Positions 1-8,739 of a stretch of DNA of 40,114 nt are shown here, piece after piece. Source of the stretch: a virus. Its lineage: Duplodnaviria; Caudoviricetes. The notes beneath the pieces were generated by a model. That model saw only the letters and a list, made by a program, of their open reading frames with translations, made no database searches and was not told the origin of the DNA. The stretch's first letter is position 1. Each line of letters begins with the position of its first letter. The stretch lies in the IMG/VR virus record IMGVR_UViG_3300017645_000008, positions 1 to 40,114 of that record; one strand, 5' to 3'. Made by a program: the position numbers and the translations under genes.

Positions 1-11
1 CGAGCCCACCA
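1..11 (+). tRNA. Probable 3' end of a host tRNA (acceptor strand plus ACCA), likely attL core
   Basis: Window starts CGAGCCC-A-CCA about 155 nt upstream of a P4-family integrase; rest of tRNA not visible. Confidence 0.45.
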
Positions 12-125
12 ATGTCGTATCGCATCGGCGCTCATAGCGTCGCCACCCCTTGAATTTTGGCCGATTTTTCCTCATCGTCAATGAGCGGGCTGTCGCATGG
101 TGTCGCAGCGGATCGCGACCCCTTC

Positions 126-164
126 GGGGGCATTTTGGGGGCACCGCTGAAAGGATTGGGGGCA
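126..164 (+). repeat. Three GGGGGCA direct repeats, putative integrase arm-type sites
   Basis: GGGGGCA at 126-132, 137-143 and 158-164, just before the integrase start. Confidence 0.6.
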
Positions 165-166
165 TC

Positions 167-1462
167 GTGGCACTTACAGATGTGCAAGCACGAAAGGCGA
201 AGCCAGCGGAGAAGGACTATAAGCTTGCCGACGCGGGCGGGCTCTACCTCTTCGTCACGCGGGCGGGCTTCAAGTCGTGGCGCATGAAATATCGATTTGG
301 CGGCAAGGAGAAGAGACTCACCTTCGGCCCCTACCCGGAGGTGACGCTCGTCGAGGCGCGCGAGCATCGCGACGCGGCGCGCCGGCAGTTGCGCGAGAAC
401 CTCGACCCGGCCATCGAGCGGCGGAAGGCGCGAGCGGCAAGCGCCGTGAACGCCGGCACGACGTTCGAGAAGATGGCGCGCGCCTGGCACGCGGTACAGA
501 CGCCGCGTTGGTCGCAAAATTATGCGGCGCTCGTTCTGCGGGCGCTGGAGCGTGACGTTTTCAAACACATCGGCGCGATGCCACTGCGCGATATCGACGC
601 GCCGCTCGTCCTGTCGACGCTGCGAAAAGTCGAGGCGCGGGGCTCGATCGAGACGGCGAAACGCATTCGGCAGCATATCTCGGCCATATTCGTCTATGGA
701 ATCTCGGAAGGCGCGGCCTCGGCCGACCCCGCATCGCTTGTCGGCAAGGCCCTCAGGCCGCTCGTCAATAAAGGCAAGCAGCCAGCGATAACCGATCTGA
801 AAAAGGCCCGGCAGATACTGATCGATTCGGAGGCGGACGTTGGCGGGCCGCAAGTGAAGCTCGCTTCACGTCTGCTGGCTCTGACGGCCGCGCGGCCCGG
901 CATTGTCCGCACGGCCCTCTGGTCTGAATTCGAGGGCATTGATTGGAGCGATCCCGATGCCCCCGCCGAGGGGGCCTTGTGGCGCGTACCGGCTTCGCGA
1001 ATGAAGCTGGACCTCGATCGGAAGAACGAGGAGGCTTTCGAGCACGTCATGCCGCTTTCGCGACAGGCCGTGGACGTGCTGCGCGCGGCCCGGCGCCTGA
1101 CGGGGCGAATCAAACTCGTCTTTCACAGCACCCGTTCGACCCACATGCCCATGTCAATGAACACGATCGGCTACATGTACAATCGAATCGGCTATCGCGG
1201 GCGGCACGTTCCGCACGGATGGCGCGCAGCCTTCTCGACCATCATGAACGAGCGGGCGCGGGATCATGGGCAAGCGGATGATCGAGCGGTGATCGACCTC
1301 ATGCTGGCCCATGTGCCAAAAGGGCTATCGGGGTCAGAGGCGGCCTACAATCGCGCCTCACACATGAGCCGCCGGCGCGAGCTGGCGCAGGAGTGGGCCG
1401 ATCTGCTGATGGACGGCCTGCCGCCGGCTAACGACCTGCTAGATGGAAGGGTGCGTGACTAG
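167..1462 (+). CDS. int: Tyrosine recombinase, P4-like integrase with arm-DNA-binding domain
   Basis: Likely GTG start gives MALTDVQARKAKP..DYKLADAGGLYL; catalytic motifs TAARPG, HGWR, LAH, AYN. Confidence 0.95.
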   Translation: MALTDVQARKAKPAEKDYKLADAGGLYLFVTRAGFKSWRMKYRFGGKEKRLTFGPYPEVTLVEAREHRDAARRQLRENLDPAIERRKARAASAVNAGTTFEKMARAWHAVQTPRWSQNYAALVLRALERDVFKHIGAMPLRDIDAPLVLSTLRKVEARGSIETAKRIRQHISAIFVYGISEGAASADPASLVGKALRPLVNKGKQPAITDLKKARQILIDSEADVGGPQVKLASRLLALTAARPGIVRTALWSEFEGIDWSDPDAPAEGALWRVPASRMKLDLDRKNEEAFEHVMPLSRQAVDVLRAARRLTGRIKLVFHSTRSTHMPMSMNTIGYMYNRIGYRGRHVPHGWRAAFSTIMNERARDHGQADDRAVIDLMLAHVPKGLSGSEAAYNRASHMSRRRELAQEWADLLMDGLPPANDLLDGRVRD

Positions 1463-1665
1463 GCCGCCTCGACGCCCCAGGCCATCGGGTTCGCGACCCA
1501 TGCGTCGATGTGGCTTTCGTACCAGCCGACACAATTGGCGCTGAGCTTCACGGCCTGCGGAAACGAGCCATCGCGCATCTTGCGATAGATCGTCGCGCGA
1601 TGCAGGCCGGTGCGGCGCTGCACGTCAGGGAGGCGGAGCAGGCTGTCGTGGCGCAATTCACCCAT
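1459..1665 (-). CDS. alpA: AlpA-family excisionase / regulator
   Basis: LLRLPDVQRRTGLHRATIYRKMRDGSFPQAVKLSANCVGWYESHIDAW; convergent on int with overlapping stops. Confidence 0.9.
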   Translation of the reverse strand: MGELRHDSLLRLPDVQRRTGLHRATIYRKMRDGSFPQAVKLSANCVGWYESHIDAWVANPMAWGVEAA

Positions 1666-1858
1666 CTCGCCCCTCCATAAGCACGGCGCGGACGGCGAGG
1701 CCGAGAGGGGTGCTTCGGACATATCCGCCGTCCATCCATGCGAGTCCTCTGGACACAAGGGTTCGTGCCGTCTGCCGATGGATTTTCCCGAATCGGGTCA
1801 CTGCCCGCTTCTGCGCCTCGCTCAGTTTCCCCGCGATTTCGCGCGCTTCGTCGGTCAT
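1658..1858 (-). CDS. Hypothetical phage protein (66 aa, possible winged helix)
   Basis: MTDEAREIAGKLSEAQKRA..TARTLVSRGLA..TPLGLAVRAVL; overlaps both neighbours. Confidence 0.6.
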   Translation of the reverse strand: MTDEAREIAGKLSEAQKRAVTRFGKIHRQTARTLVSRGLAWMDGGYVRSTPLGLAVRAVLMEGRDG

Positions 1859-2235
1859 GGGCGGGGCTCCCCAGGCCGGCATGCCTCCGCGACCAGATTT
1901 CCGTTGTCCCAATCGTCGCGATAGATCGCATACCCGCCCGCAAGCTGAGCGCAGGAGGTATTGACCCGGCCGGCCATCACGACGGCGACCGTGCGCCCGT
2001 ACCTGTCCGTGGTGACGCGCTCGATCCTGACCGGGCCCGATGCGAGCAAGCGCCGCAGATTGTCCCGGCTGGCGATCGGATCGCCCGGCGCGCAATGGCG
2101 TCCGCGCGGGTAGCAGCCGTGCAATTCGGGCGCGTCGATGCCAAGCAGGCGGATGCGCTCCGAGCCACAGCGGATTGTATCGCCGTCGGTCACGGTGCAG
2201 CCCGAGACGGCCGCGAGGGCGAGGAGAATAATCAC
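1855..2235 (-). CDS. Thermonuclease (SNase) family protein with lipoprotein-like signal
   Basis: DGDT, RIRLLGIDAPE, DRYGRTVA motifs; N-terminal IILLALAAVSG-C lipobox; alternative ATG at 2253. Confidence 0.85.
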   Translation of the reverse strand: MIILLALAAVSGCTVTDGDTIRCGSERIRLLGIDAPELHGCYPRGRHCAPGDPIASRDNLRRLLASGPVRIERVTTDRYGRTVAVVMAGRVNTSCAQLAGGYAIYRDDWDNGNLVAEACRPGEPRP

Positions 2236-2618
2236 GGGTTCTCTCGGTCCCATTTTTCGTTTTCGGCAACCTGGGCCGCCTTGGCCGCGTCAATCTTCGC
2301 CTGCGGGTCCGTCACCCCCAAGCGAGTGAGAAGTTCGATCAGCGCGTCTTCGGAATGGTCGTACCACGATGGCCGCACAAGCATCTGATCGGCGCTTTTG
2401 TAGACGTGGAATTTGCACGAGCGGCCATGAACATAATCCATGCTCGCAGCTATTCGATCGTCGCCCCGTGCAAGTATCTCGTCGGTCGTCTCGTCGTCGA
2501 GCGGTCCTCCACGTGCGTGAAGAAAACCAAGGCCCTGCGGAGCCGACATCTCATATGCGATTTGCACCGCCTCGCGCAGTTTATTGGCGGGGATAGTGAT
2601 GTAGCAGGCTTCGTTCAT
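2232..2618 (-). CDS. Hypothetical protein (128 aa)
   Basis: AAAGGA RBS, overlaps next start; SMDYVHGRSCKF segment. Confidence 0.75.
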   Translation of the reverse strand: MNEACYITIPANKLREAVQIAYEMSAPQGLGFLHARGGPLDDETTDEILARGDDRIAASMDYVHGRSCKFHVYKSADQMLVRPSWYDHSEDALIELLTRLGVTDPQAKIDAAKAAQVAENEKWDRENP

Positions 2619-2678
2619 CGTGTTTTCCTTTCTGTTGCAGCGAGCGCTAGGAGGCGGCGAGGGCGAGGAGGGGGAGGA

Positions 2679-3143
2679 TCATTCGCCGCACCCCCGACCA
2701 ACAAGTTCGCCATTCTCGCCAGCGGTGAAGTCTCGCCAGTGCACCCATGCGTTCGGACAATGGAAACCCCAATCCCGAACCTTCGGGCCAGTGAAGAACA
2801 GAGAGACGCACGGTTCGCCACCGATCAATTCAAGGCGATGAGCGTCCGTAGCCGAGCGGTGAACCACGTCGCCGGGCTCGCGGAGGAATGTCCCGCTCGG
2901 CGTCACCTCGCGATATCGCCCGATCACCAACACTGATGTGTTCTCCCAAGGGTGATCGTGCAGAGCCCTGTCGTCGTCATCACGCAATATCTCGTGCAGA
3001 TAGACGTTCTGCCGGGTGTTTCGCGGGACAATCCACCAGCGGCGCAGATAGGCTGGCTCGCCGATTACAAAGTCAGGGTGACGCTGCATGCGAGCGCGTG
3101 CCCAAGCGGCCATATCGTCCATATCAGCGTAGTTCAGGCTCAC
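2679..3143 (-). CDS. Cupin-like phage protein
   Basis: YLRRWW, VYLHE..DDDRALHDHPW, HRLEL, SLFFTGP..RDWGF. Confidence 0.75.
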   Translation of the reverse strand: MSLNYADMDDMAAWARARMQRHPDFVIGEPAYLRRWWIVPRNTRQNVYLHEILRDDDDRALHDHPWENTSVLVIGRYREVTPSGTFLREPGDVVHRSATDAHRLELIGGEPCVSLFFTGPKVRDWGFHCPNAWVHWRDFTAGENGELVGRGCGE

Positions 3144-3324
3144 CCTCGTTTCTCCCCGATATGGTCGCCTCGCTTGATGGCGTCGGCAATGGTCGATATG
3201 CAGAGGACAGCGCAATGTACTCTGTGCGAAGTTCAGCATTCTCCACCGCGCTCCGATGGTTTATCTGCGCGAGGTGTCGGGCATACTCCACCAACGCTGC
3301 GCGCTCTTGTTCAGCTTCGGTCAT
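3124..3324 (-). CDS. Hypothetical protein (66 aa)
   Basis: Fits the tightly packed leftward operon. Confidence 0.5.
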   Translation of the reverse strand: MTEAEQERAALVEYARHLAQINHRSAVENAELRTEYIALSSAYRPLPTPSSEATISGRNEGEPELR

Positions 3325-3506
3325 GATCTACCCACATAGTTGCGCACGGCCCTCAAGAACCGCTCGTATGTCTTAAAGCCCTCGCAGCGCGCGCTGAGCC
3401 GCGCCGAACACTTGTCAGCATAGGCGCCGAATGTGGCGCCACATTGGTCACAGATTTGACGATCGCCGAAATAATCGATCACGTCGGCCGACCATGGAAA
3501 TGTCAT
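3321..3506 (-). CDS. Small Cys-rich hypothetical protein
   Basis: CDQC..C..C; GAGG RBS; ATGA coupling. Confidence 0.6.
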   Translation of the reverse strand: MTFPWSADVIDYFGDRQICDQCGATFGAYADKCSARLSARCEGFKTYERFLRAVRNYVGRS

Positions 3507-3585
3507 GGGCGCGTCCTCAATGCTGGGCAGGTTTGTGTTGCGCCCGGCAGGGGACCTCTAATGCTGGGCACGCCTTGATTACCGG

Positions 3586-3828
3586 TCATTCCGTCCTCCC
3601 GATCTGGCGGATGGCGGCCTCACAGCCCAACGCCGCCTGGAACCCGTCGGCATCGTCGTAGGTCGTCTCGGCCAAGGTCGCGCAGACCTCCGCCGCCCGC
3701 CCGAGGATGATGGGGATCACGGCGTCGGCGGCCCTGCGATCGACGTCGCTCGTCCGGCCGGGTGTCGTGCCGGGTAGCGCGCGGGCCGCCGCCACGGCAT
3801 CCGCTACCTGTTCGCGGAGGGTCGTCAC
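3586..3828 (-). CDS. Hypothetical protein (80 aa)
   Basis: GAGGGAGG RBS; ends RAAEVC..CEAAIR. Confidence 0.6.
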   Translation of the reverse strand: MTTLREQVADAVAAARALPGTTPGRTSDVDRRAADAVIPIILGRAAEVCATLAETTYDDADGFQAALGCEAAIRQIGRTE

Positions 3829-4262
3829 CGCACCCCTCCCTCATTCGAGGCGATGGCGGCGCGGCACTTCTCGATGCAGTTGGCGAGTTGCTTGGCCGAA
3901 GTGTAGCGGGTCTTGCCGTCAAACTCGTCGACCGCCCATTGAAGCGCCTCCGCCAGCGCCGCGACCTTGGCCTCGGCGGCGGTGGCGCGGGCTTCGGCGT
4001 TGTTCCACTCATGTAGCTGCGCTTCGTTCTTGCTGTCGGCCTCCTTGAGGGCCAACGCCATTACCTGCTCGTGCGCTTCGACGATCCGACACGCGAGCCA
4101 GCCGATCGACGCGTCGGGCAGGTTCGCCTCCAACCAGAGCGCGATATGGTCAGCATTCGCGATGTTGAGTTCGCGTTGCAGTCGCTCAGTTTCCGCCGTC
4201 GCGCGTTCGATTTGTTCGTGGGTAAAGCGCAACTCATGCGCTTCGTGGTCAAGGTCGGTCAT
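3825..4262 (-). CDS. Hypothetical coiled-coil protein (Ea/Ead-like)
   Basis: AEARATAAEAKVAALAEAL..CRAAIA tail; coupled overlaps. Confidence 0.65.
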   Translation of the reverse strand: MTDLDHEAHELRFTHEQIERATAETERLQRELNIANADHIALWLEANLPDASIGWLACRIVEAHEQVMALALKEADSKNEAQLHEWNNAEARATAAEAKVAALAEALQWAVDEFDGKTRYTSAKQLANCIEKCRAAIASNEGGVR

Positions 4263-4450
4263 GCGGCCTTCCGATCTGCCTCGGTGAGGCAATAAAACTG
4301 GAGAAAATCCTCGGCAGAGACTTCGCCGTCACGAAGCTGCTCCATGTGACGGGCAAGATCTTCCAGCGAGAAGTCGTAGCCGTAACGGCGCCCTTCCTTC
4401 GAGATTGCCCCGGCGGCTTGTCGGAGCATGTTGATAGCGTTGCATCTCAT
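4259..4450 (-). CDS. Hypothetical protein (63 aa)
   Basis: ATGA-coupled at both ends. Confidence 0.6.
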   Translation of the reverse strand: MRCNAINMLRQAAGAISKEGRRYGYDFSLEDLARHMEQLRDGEVSAEDFLQFYCLTEADRKAA

Positions 4451-4638
4451 GCGGCTTCTCCGAACAGGCTGGGTTGGGCGGGGCGGAGGTCGATGCTAGC
4501 GGCCTCGCACCGCGCTCTCGCGGCGCCATCGCGCATCCACTGCACGTTCTGACGCGAACGAGTGTCTGCCTCGCGGTCCAGAACGGCGGCGTAGTAGAGG
4601 AGGAAATCATGCTTCTCGGCCGGGGTTCGATAGCGCAT
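4447..4638 (-). CDS. Hypothetical protein (63 aa) ending QPSLFGEAA
   Basis: TGATG coupling to upstream gene. Confidence 0.6.
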   Translation of the reverse strand: MRYRTPAEKHDFLLYYAAVLDREADTRSRQNVQWMRDGAARARCEAASIDLRPAQPSLFGEAA

Positions 4639-5327
4639 CACCCCTCGCCTCCGTCGATATTGCGGCGGGCCACGTCGAAGGAAATCGCCACGATCCACGG
4701 GTTGTCATACCAGCGCTTGCCGGGGGCGGTGTTGATGATGGACCAGAGGTCCGCGAAATCCTGCTGCGCGATACCGTTATCCGGGAGCCGTGATCGAACG
4801 CCTTCGGCCACCGCGTCTTCGCCGCTGATCTCCTGCAACCGCTGGACGCGCACGTCAGTCACGGTCAGGGTGAGGCGGGAAAACTCGCGCGGCATGAAGA
4901 TCGACGGCCAGTATTTGGCATTTGGGTGTCGCGGATCATTGTCGGCGCGGTAGATGACGCCTCCTCGGCCGAGCATCCGGGCTTGCGATATTTCGAATAC
5001 GCCATCGCCCGAATGCGACCACGTTTCTTTGACCCAGAGACGATCGCCGAGGGCGTAACCGATATGGGCCATCCAGCCCGTCCGCGCCGCCGGAACTTGC
5101 CACTCGAAAGCGTCGGCTTCCCAGAACCAGCCATCGCCATGCAAATGACGAAAGCCCGACGCGCCTTGCAGCGCTCTGGAAAGAGCGTCGCCCGCCAGTG
5201 TGAACGCAGGCGTTTCCGGTGTGGCGAATACACGCGCCTTGGTCAGCACCCGCCTCGTCTGCGTCTTCCGCCCCTCAAGGATCGCGCGGATCATCGGGGC
5301 GGAGAAGAGGATGGGACGGTCAGCCAT
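4638..5327 (-). CDS. ASCH/PUA-like conserved phage protein
   Basis: RPILFSAPMIRAILEGRKTQTRR, GDRLWVKETW, WPSIFMPREFSRLTL, RLQEISGEDAVAEG, NPWI. Confidence 0.8.
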   Translation of the reverse strand: MADRPILFSAPMIRAILEGRKTQTRRVLTKARVFATPETPAFTLAGDALSRALQGASGFRHLHGDGWFWEADAFEWQVPAARTGWMAHIGYALGDRLWVKETWSHSGDGVFEISQARMLGRGGVIYRADNDPRHPNAKYWPSIFMPREFSRLTLTVTDVRVQRLQEISGEDAVAEGVRSRLPDNGIAQQDFADLWSIINTAPGKRWYDNPWIVAISFDVARRNIDGGEG

Positions 5328-5691
5328 CAGAACGGCGCCCATCGTCATCGCAACCCAGCCCCTCATCGAGGAAGGCCGGCGCGAACTCGCTCGGATCATC
5401 TTCGGGTGCGGGGAGCGCCGCAGTGGGCAGCGTCGCACGCAGGCTGACGGGCAGGTCCCACTCGGTTTTGTGGCAGCGCTCCAGCGCAACCGCCGCCGTG
5501 CACGGCGTGAAGGCGTAGAGTGAGCCGCCACCGATCAGAACGGCCGGCAACAGTTCGCCATTGTAGATCGGCTCGATCGACAGCATCTTCGTGCCGAACC
5601 GTTCGACCTCCTCGCATCGACCCACGAGAGTGCGGTGGCCGAGGCATTCGACGATGGCGTATTCGCCGGTGGGGAGGGAGGGGTCACTCAC
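5320..5691 (-). CDS. Conserved hypothetical phage protein (123 aa)
   Basis: AIVECLGHRTLVGRCEEVERFGTKMLSI..GGSLYAFTPCT. Confidence 0.75.
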   Translation of the reverse strand: MSDPSLPTGEYAIVECLGHRTLVGRCEEVERFGTKMLSIEPIYNGELLPAVLIGGGSLYAFTPCTAAVALERCHKTEWDLPVSLRATLPTAALPAPEDDPSEFAPAFLDEGLGCDDDGRRSDG

Positions 5692-6893
5692 GCCGCCACC
5701 TCATTCATCCGCTGGATCGCCGCCGCGCGCAGTTCCGCACCGTCCTCCTCGTCGAACAGCGGAAGCAGCACCTTGACCCGCGCGTCCACGTCTTCCGGCG
5801 CGGCGGCGCGGATTTCGGCGAGGGCGGATTCCAGCGTCGTGGTTTCGCCGCGCTGGGCGTCAGTGGGGCCTTGGGCGAAGGGATCGTCTTCCGGCAGCGC
5901 CGCCAGATCATCAGATGCGGTGCAGAGCGCCTTGATCTCCTCCATGATCGGTCGGATGACGCTGCGGGCGGGCTTATCCTGATCCGCCCACCACGCCGTG
6001 AAAGCCTTGGTGCCGCCGCGCGCGATCTCGCGGGCGTGGTCCATCGCCTCTTTCTGCTTCTGCGCGCCGCCCTGCCCCTTGGCCCATTCGGCCATGGCGG
6101 CTCCTGTGGCCTCGCTCATCGGGCGGCGGGGATCGAACAGCGTGCGAAACTGGTCGGCCACCTTCACCTGATGGACGGGGCAACCCGGCGCGGACGGGTC
6201 GAGAATGATCATCGCGGTCATCTCGAACATCAGATCGCCGTCGCTTGCGGGATCCCACGGAATGTCATCACGGCGGGTCTTGGTCTTACGGGCGTTTTTC
6301 GCCTTGTCCCCAAAGCCCTGCTGCATGACGGGCTTGGCGCGCGTGCAGATGATGATATTCGTCTTGGCGCGAACGATGCGATCGATCAGACGGCGATAGC
6401 GCGGTTTCACCTCCGCCCATGCGAGTTGACTATATTTCGCCGGGTCCACCTCATAGCGGCCATTCGCCCGCTTCTCGGCTTCACGCACAAGGCGGTCCAA
6501 TACCTGCGCGTGAAGGTCCAGCACGCCGCCGACGCCCTCCCATGCATGGGAAAAGGAGTCGAGGATCAGCACCGGCAGTTCGGCGGCCTCGGCTGCGTCG
6601 ATGACCTTGATCCAGCGTTCGGGCGGGAAGCCGATCAACTCGCCCGCCTCGTCGATGGCGGTGAAGTCGAAATGTGCCATTTCGGGGAAAGCCGCTTTGT
6701 AATGAAGGGCGCGGCGATTCTCGGTATCGACATAGCCGATGGTCGCGCCCTTCGCGCCGGTCATTGTCTCGGCGATGCCGCGCGCAACGCGGAGCGCGGT
6801 GAAGGTCTTGCCGGTCCCCGATCCGCCGGACACGCCGAAAGCAATCGTCAGCGGATCGTTGATCTCCGCGACCGGGATAAAGCGGATGCTCAT
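5688..6893 (-). CDS. AAA-family ATPase, Sak4-like recombination protein
   Basis: Walker A GGSGTGKT, YVDTE, Walker B LILDSFSHAWEG; adjacent to exonuclease. Confidence 0.8.
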   Translation of the reverse strand: MSIRFIPVAEINDPLTIAFGVSGGSGTGKTFTALRVARGIAETMTGAKGATIGYVDTENRRALHYKAAFPEMAHFDFTAIDEAGELIGFPPERWIKVIDAAEAAELPVLILDSFSHAWEGVGGVLDLHAQVLDRLVREAEKRANGRYEVDPAKYSQLAWAEVKPRYRRLIDRIVRAKTNIIICTRAKPVMQQGFGDKAKNARKTKTRRDDIPWDPASDGDLMFEMTAMIILDPSAPGCPVHQVKVADQFRTLFDPRRPMSEATGAAMAEWAKGQGGAQKQKEAMDHAREIARGGTKAFTAWWADQDKPARSVIRPIMEEIKALCTASDDLAALPEDDPFAQGPTDAQRGETTTLESALAEIRAAAPEDVDARVKVLLPLFDEEDGAELRAAAIQRMNEVAA

Positions 6894-7771
6894 CAGTAAT
6901 TCTCCTGTTCGACAAGCCACGCGGGCGGGTCGATCTCGTGGACGCCGATTGGATAGCCGGGCCAGTTGTCGGCGCGCAGGCACTCGCCCCAGATGCGGCG
7001 GGCCTTTGCCGCGCGCAGGGTGGCGAGGTCCGAGAAGGACGCCGAAAGACGGATCAGGCAGACCTCGAACGGAGCCGCCTTTTCCTGGAAGATGAAGGTG
7101 AAAGCCCGGTCCTCGCCCGTCGCGGCCTTCCAGACGGCCTGATAGTGCGCCGCCTGCACGTCGTATCCATAATTCAGGATGGATCGCAGGCAGGCGTCGG
7201 GGCTGGCGTCCTCGCACGTCTTGAAATCATAGATCGGGATCGCCGGGTCTTCGTCGATATTGTCGAACATCGCCCGGCACCACACGTCATCAACCCGCGC
7301 GATGGCCGCGACCTCGGAGCGTTCCGGGCGCAGTGTGATGCCATGTTCGCGCAGCCGGTCGCGCGCGACGATGGCCATGGCCTCGATGGCATCGCATTCG
7401 GTCTGCTTGAGCGGAGTCTGCCCGGCCTCGCGGGCGTCCGCGACGAACTGCTTCGCCTCCTTCGTGCTGATAGCGCCATTACTGGCGAGCAGCGCCTCCG
7501 GGATCGCGACATAATCGTCACCGGCCCCTAGCACGGCGCGATGGGCGGCGCGGCCGATGTCGAACGTCTTCTTGTCGATCGACACATAAGCAGGATTCAG
7601 GCGGCGGCTCAGGCACCACGCATGGAGTGGTGATTTCTTGAGCAGCGTCTTCGCCAGCGTTGACGACAGGCTGGGTTCCGGTGCCTGATCCGCGTGGTAT
7701 TCGGCCGCATCCATGTGGCCCACGAACGGGCCTTCAATGCGGGCGGTGCAGATTGCGGTGCTTGCCATCAC
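6893..7771 (-). CDS. PD-(D/E)XK exonuclease, RecE/exonuclease VIII-like (DUF3799)
   Basis: EYHAD..LSST, GRAAH, CRAMFD, YDFKT, YDVQAAHY, WPGY. Confidence 0.85.
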   Translation of the reverse strand: MMASTAICTARIEGPFVGHMDAAEYHADQAPEPSLSSTLAKTLLKKSPLHAWCLSRRLNPAYVSIDKKTFDIGRAAHRAVLGAGDDYVAIPEALLASNGAISTKEAKQFVADAREAGQTPLKQTECDAIEAMAIVARDRLREHGITLRPERSEVAAIARVDDVWCRAMFDNIDEDPAIPIYDFKTCEDASPDACLRSILNYGYDVQAAHYQAVWKAATGEDRAFTFIFQEKAAPFEVCLIRLSASFSDLATLRAAKARRIWGECLRADNWPGYPIGVHEIDPPAWLVEQENY

Positions 7772-7968
7772 ATATTACCTTCCGGAGCCGCCGCGCCCAC
7801 AGCGGCTCCCTTGGTTTCCGGGCGAACCGGCGTCGCGGGGGGTGTTTGCGACGGGGCGGGGGTGGAGAGGTGCCGCTCGACGATGCGGAGCGGCCAAACG
7901 GGCGCGCCGGTCAGAGGATCGTGCAGCCGCGAGTTAAGAGCGCGCGGCGGTGGCTGATAGAAACGCAT
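7768..7968 (-). CDS. Hypothetical Pro-rich protein (66 aa)
   Basis: Coupled at both ends (TGATG, ATGA-type overlaps). Confidence 0.5.
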   Translation of the reverse strand: MRFYQPPPRALNSRLHDPLTGAPVWPLRIVERHLSTPAPSQTPPATPVRPETKGAAVGAAAPEGNM

Positions 7969-8069
7969 CACGCCGTCACCGCCAGCCAGCCGCAGAGTAG
8001 CGCCCAGAAGATGACCAGCGCCGGGATCGCGCAGAGGATGGCGTGGCGCATGTCGAGCGGGCGGGTCAC
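7968..8069 (-). CDS. Small single-TM protein (33 aa)
   Basis: MTRPLDMRHAILCAIPALVIFWALLCGWLAVTA, translated by hand; fills gap with coupled overlaps. Confidence 0.55.
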   Translation of the reverse strand: MTRPLDMRHAILCAIPALVIFWALLCGWLAVTA

Positions 8070-8425
8070 GCCGCCACCGGCAGGGCTTCGATCGCCGCCC
8101 GGCACTCGTCGGGCACGATCGCCAGCACCGCGTCTCGCATTTCTTTCGCGGTACGGAGCTTGGCGAGGTTCTGCGCGGCCTCATCGCGCTTTGCCAAGGC
8201 GTCGGCGTAGGCGTCACGGAGGGTAGCGCCGTAGCCGTGGACCCAGCCATATTCGCTGCCGGGACAGTTGTGCAGGGTGATGCAGGGACGATCTGTGTAT
8301 TCGCCCCTCACCGCCACATCGACCCGATCCGGCAGCGTCCGCATCAGCGCCTCGATCTGGTCGAGCGTTGCGTCCAGGTCCATCACCGCGCCATGCGGCG
8401 TGTAGGTCATCTCCATCATCACCAT
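8066..8425 (-). CDS. Hypothetical protein (about 117-119 aa)
   Basis: ORF track; fits operon. Confidence 0.65.
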   Translation of the reverse strand: MVMMEMTYTPHGAVMDLDATLDQIEALMRTLPDRVDVAVRGEYTDRPCITLHNCPGSEYGWVHGYGATLRDAYADALAKRDEAAQNLAKLRTAKEMRDAVLAIVPDECRAAIEALPVAA

Positions 8426-8520
8426 ATCCTCATTTCAAAGCAGTCGTCGCACTCGCGCGTCGGCGCGCATTTCGGGCACTCGGCGAACAGGCTCGCCAGC
8501 CAGCGGAGGATGCGGGTCAC
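8419..8520 (-). CDS. Mini zinc-finger protein (33 aa)
   Basis: MTRILRWLASLFAECPKCAPTRECDDCFEMRIW, translated by hand; GGAGAGG RBS, GTGA coupling. Confidence 0.55.
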   Translation of the reverse strand: MTRILRWLASLFAECPKCAPTRECDDCFEMRIW

Positions 8521-8738
8521 GCAGCCTCTCCCGTGATCCGCCGCATTCGCGCGTTGTATTCGCGGTTGCGCTTCGCCAGTTCGAGCTGGCCGGCGATCAT
8601 CTTGAGATCGTCACGGAAACCGGGGCGATAGCAGGGGGCCACGCCGCTCGCCGCCGTGGCTTCGTCGAGTTCCGCATCGGTCAGCGGGCAGGCGGCCCGA
8701 TACGAGCGCTCGATTTCAAGGAGGGTGGGCCGGGCCAT
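8517..8738 (-). CDS. Hypothetical protein (73 aa)
   Basis: ORF track; fits operon. Confidence 0.65.
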   Translation of the reverse strand: MARPTLLEIERSYRAACPLTDAELDEATAASGVAPCYRPGFRDDLKMIAGQLELAKRNREYNARMRRITGEAA

Positions 8739-8739
8739 T

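Noticed and set aside
50-166. 39-aa N-terminal extension of the integrase from the ORF track
   Set aside because: Spans the att arm repeats; family-typical sequence begins at GTG 167
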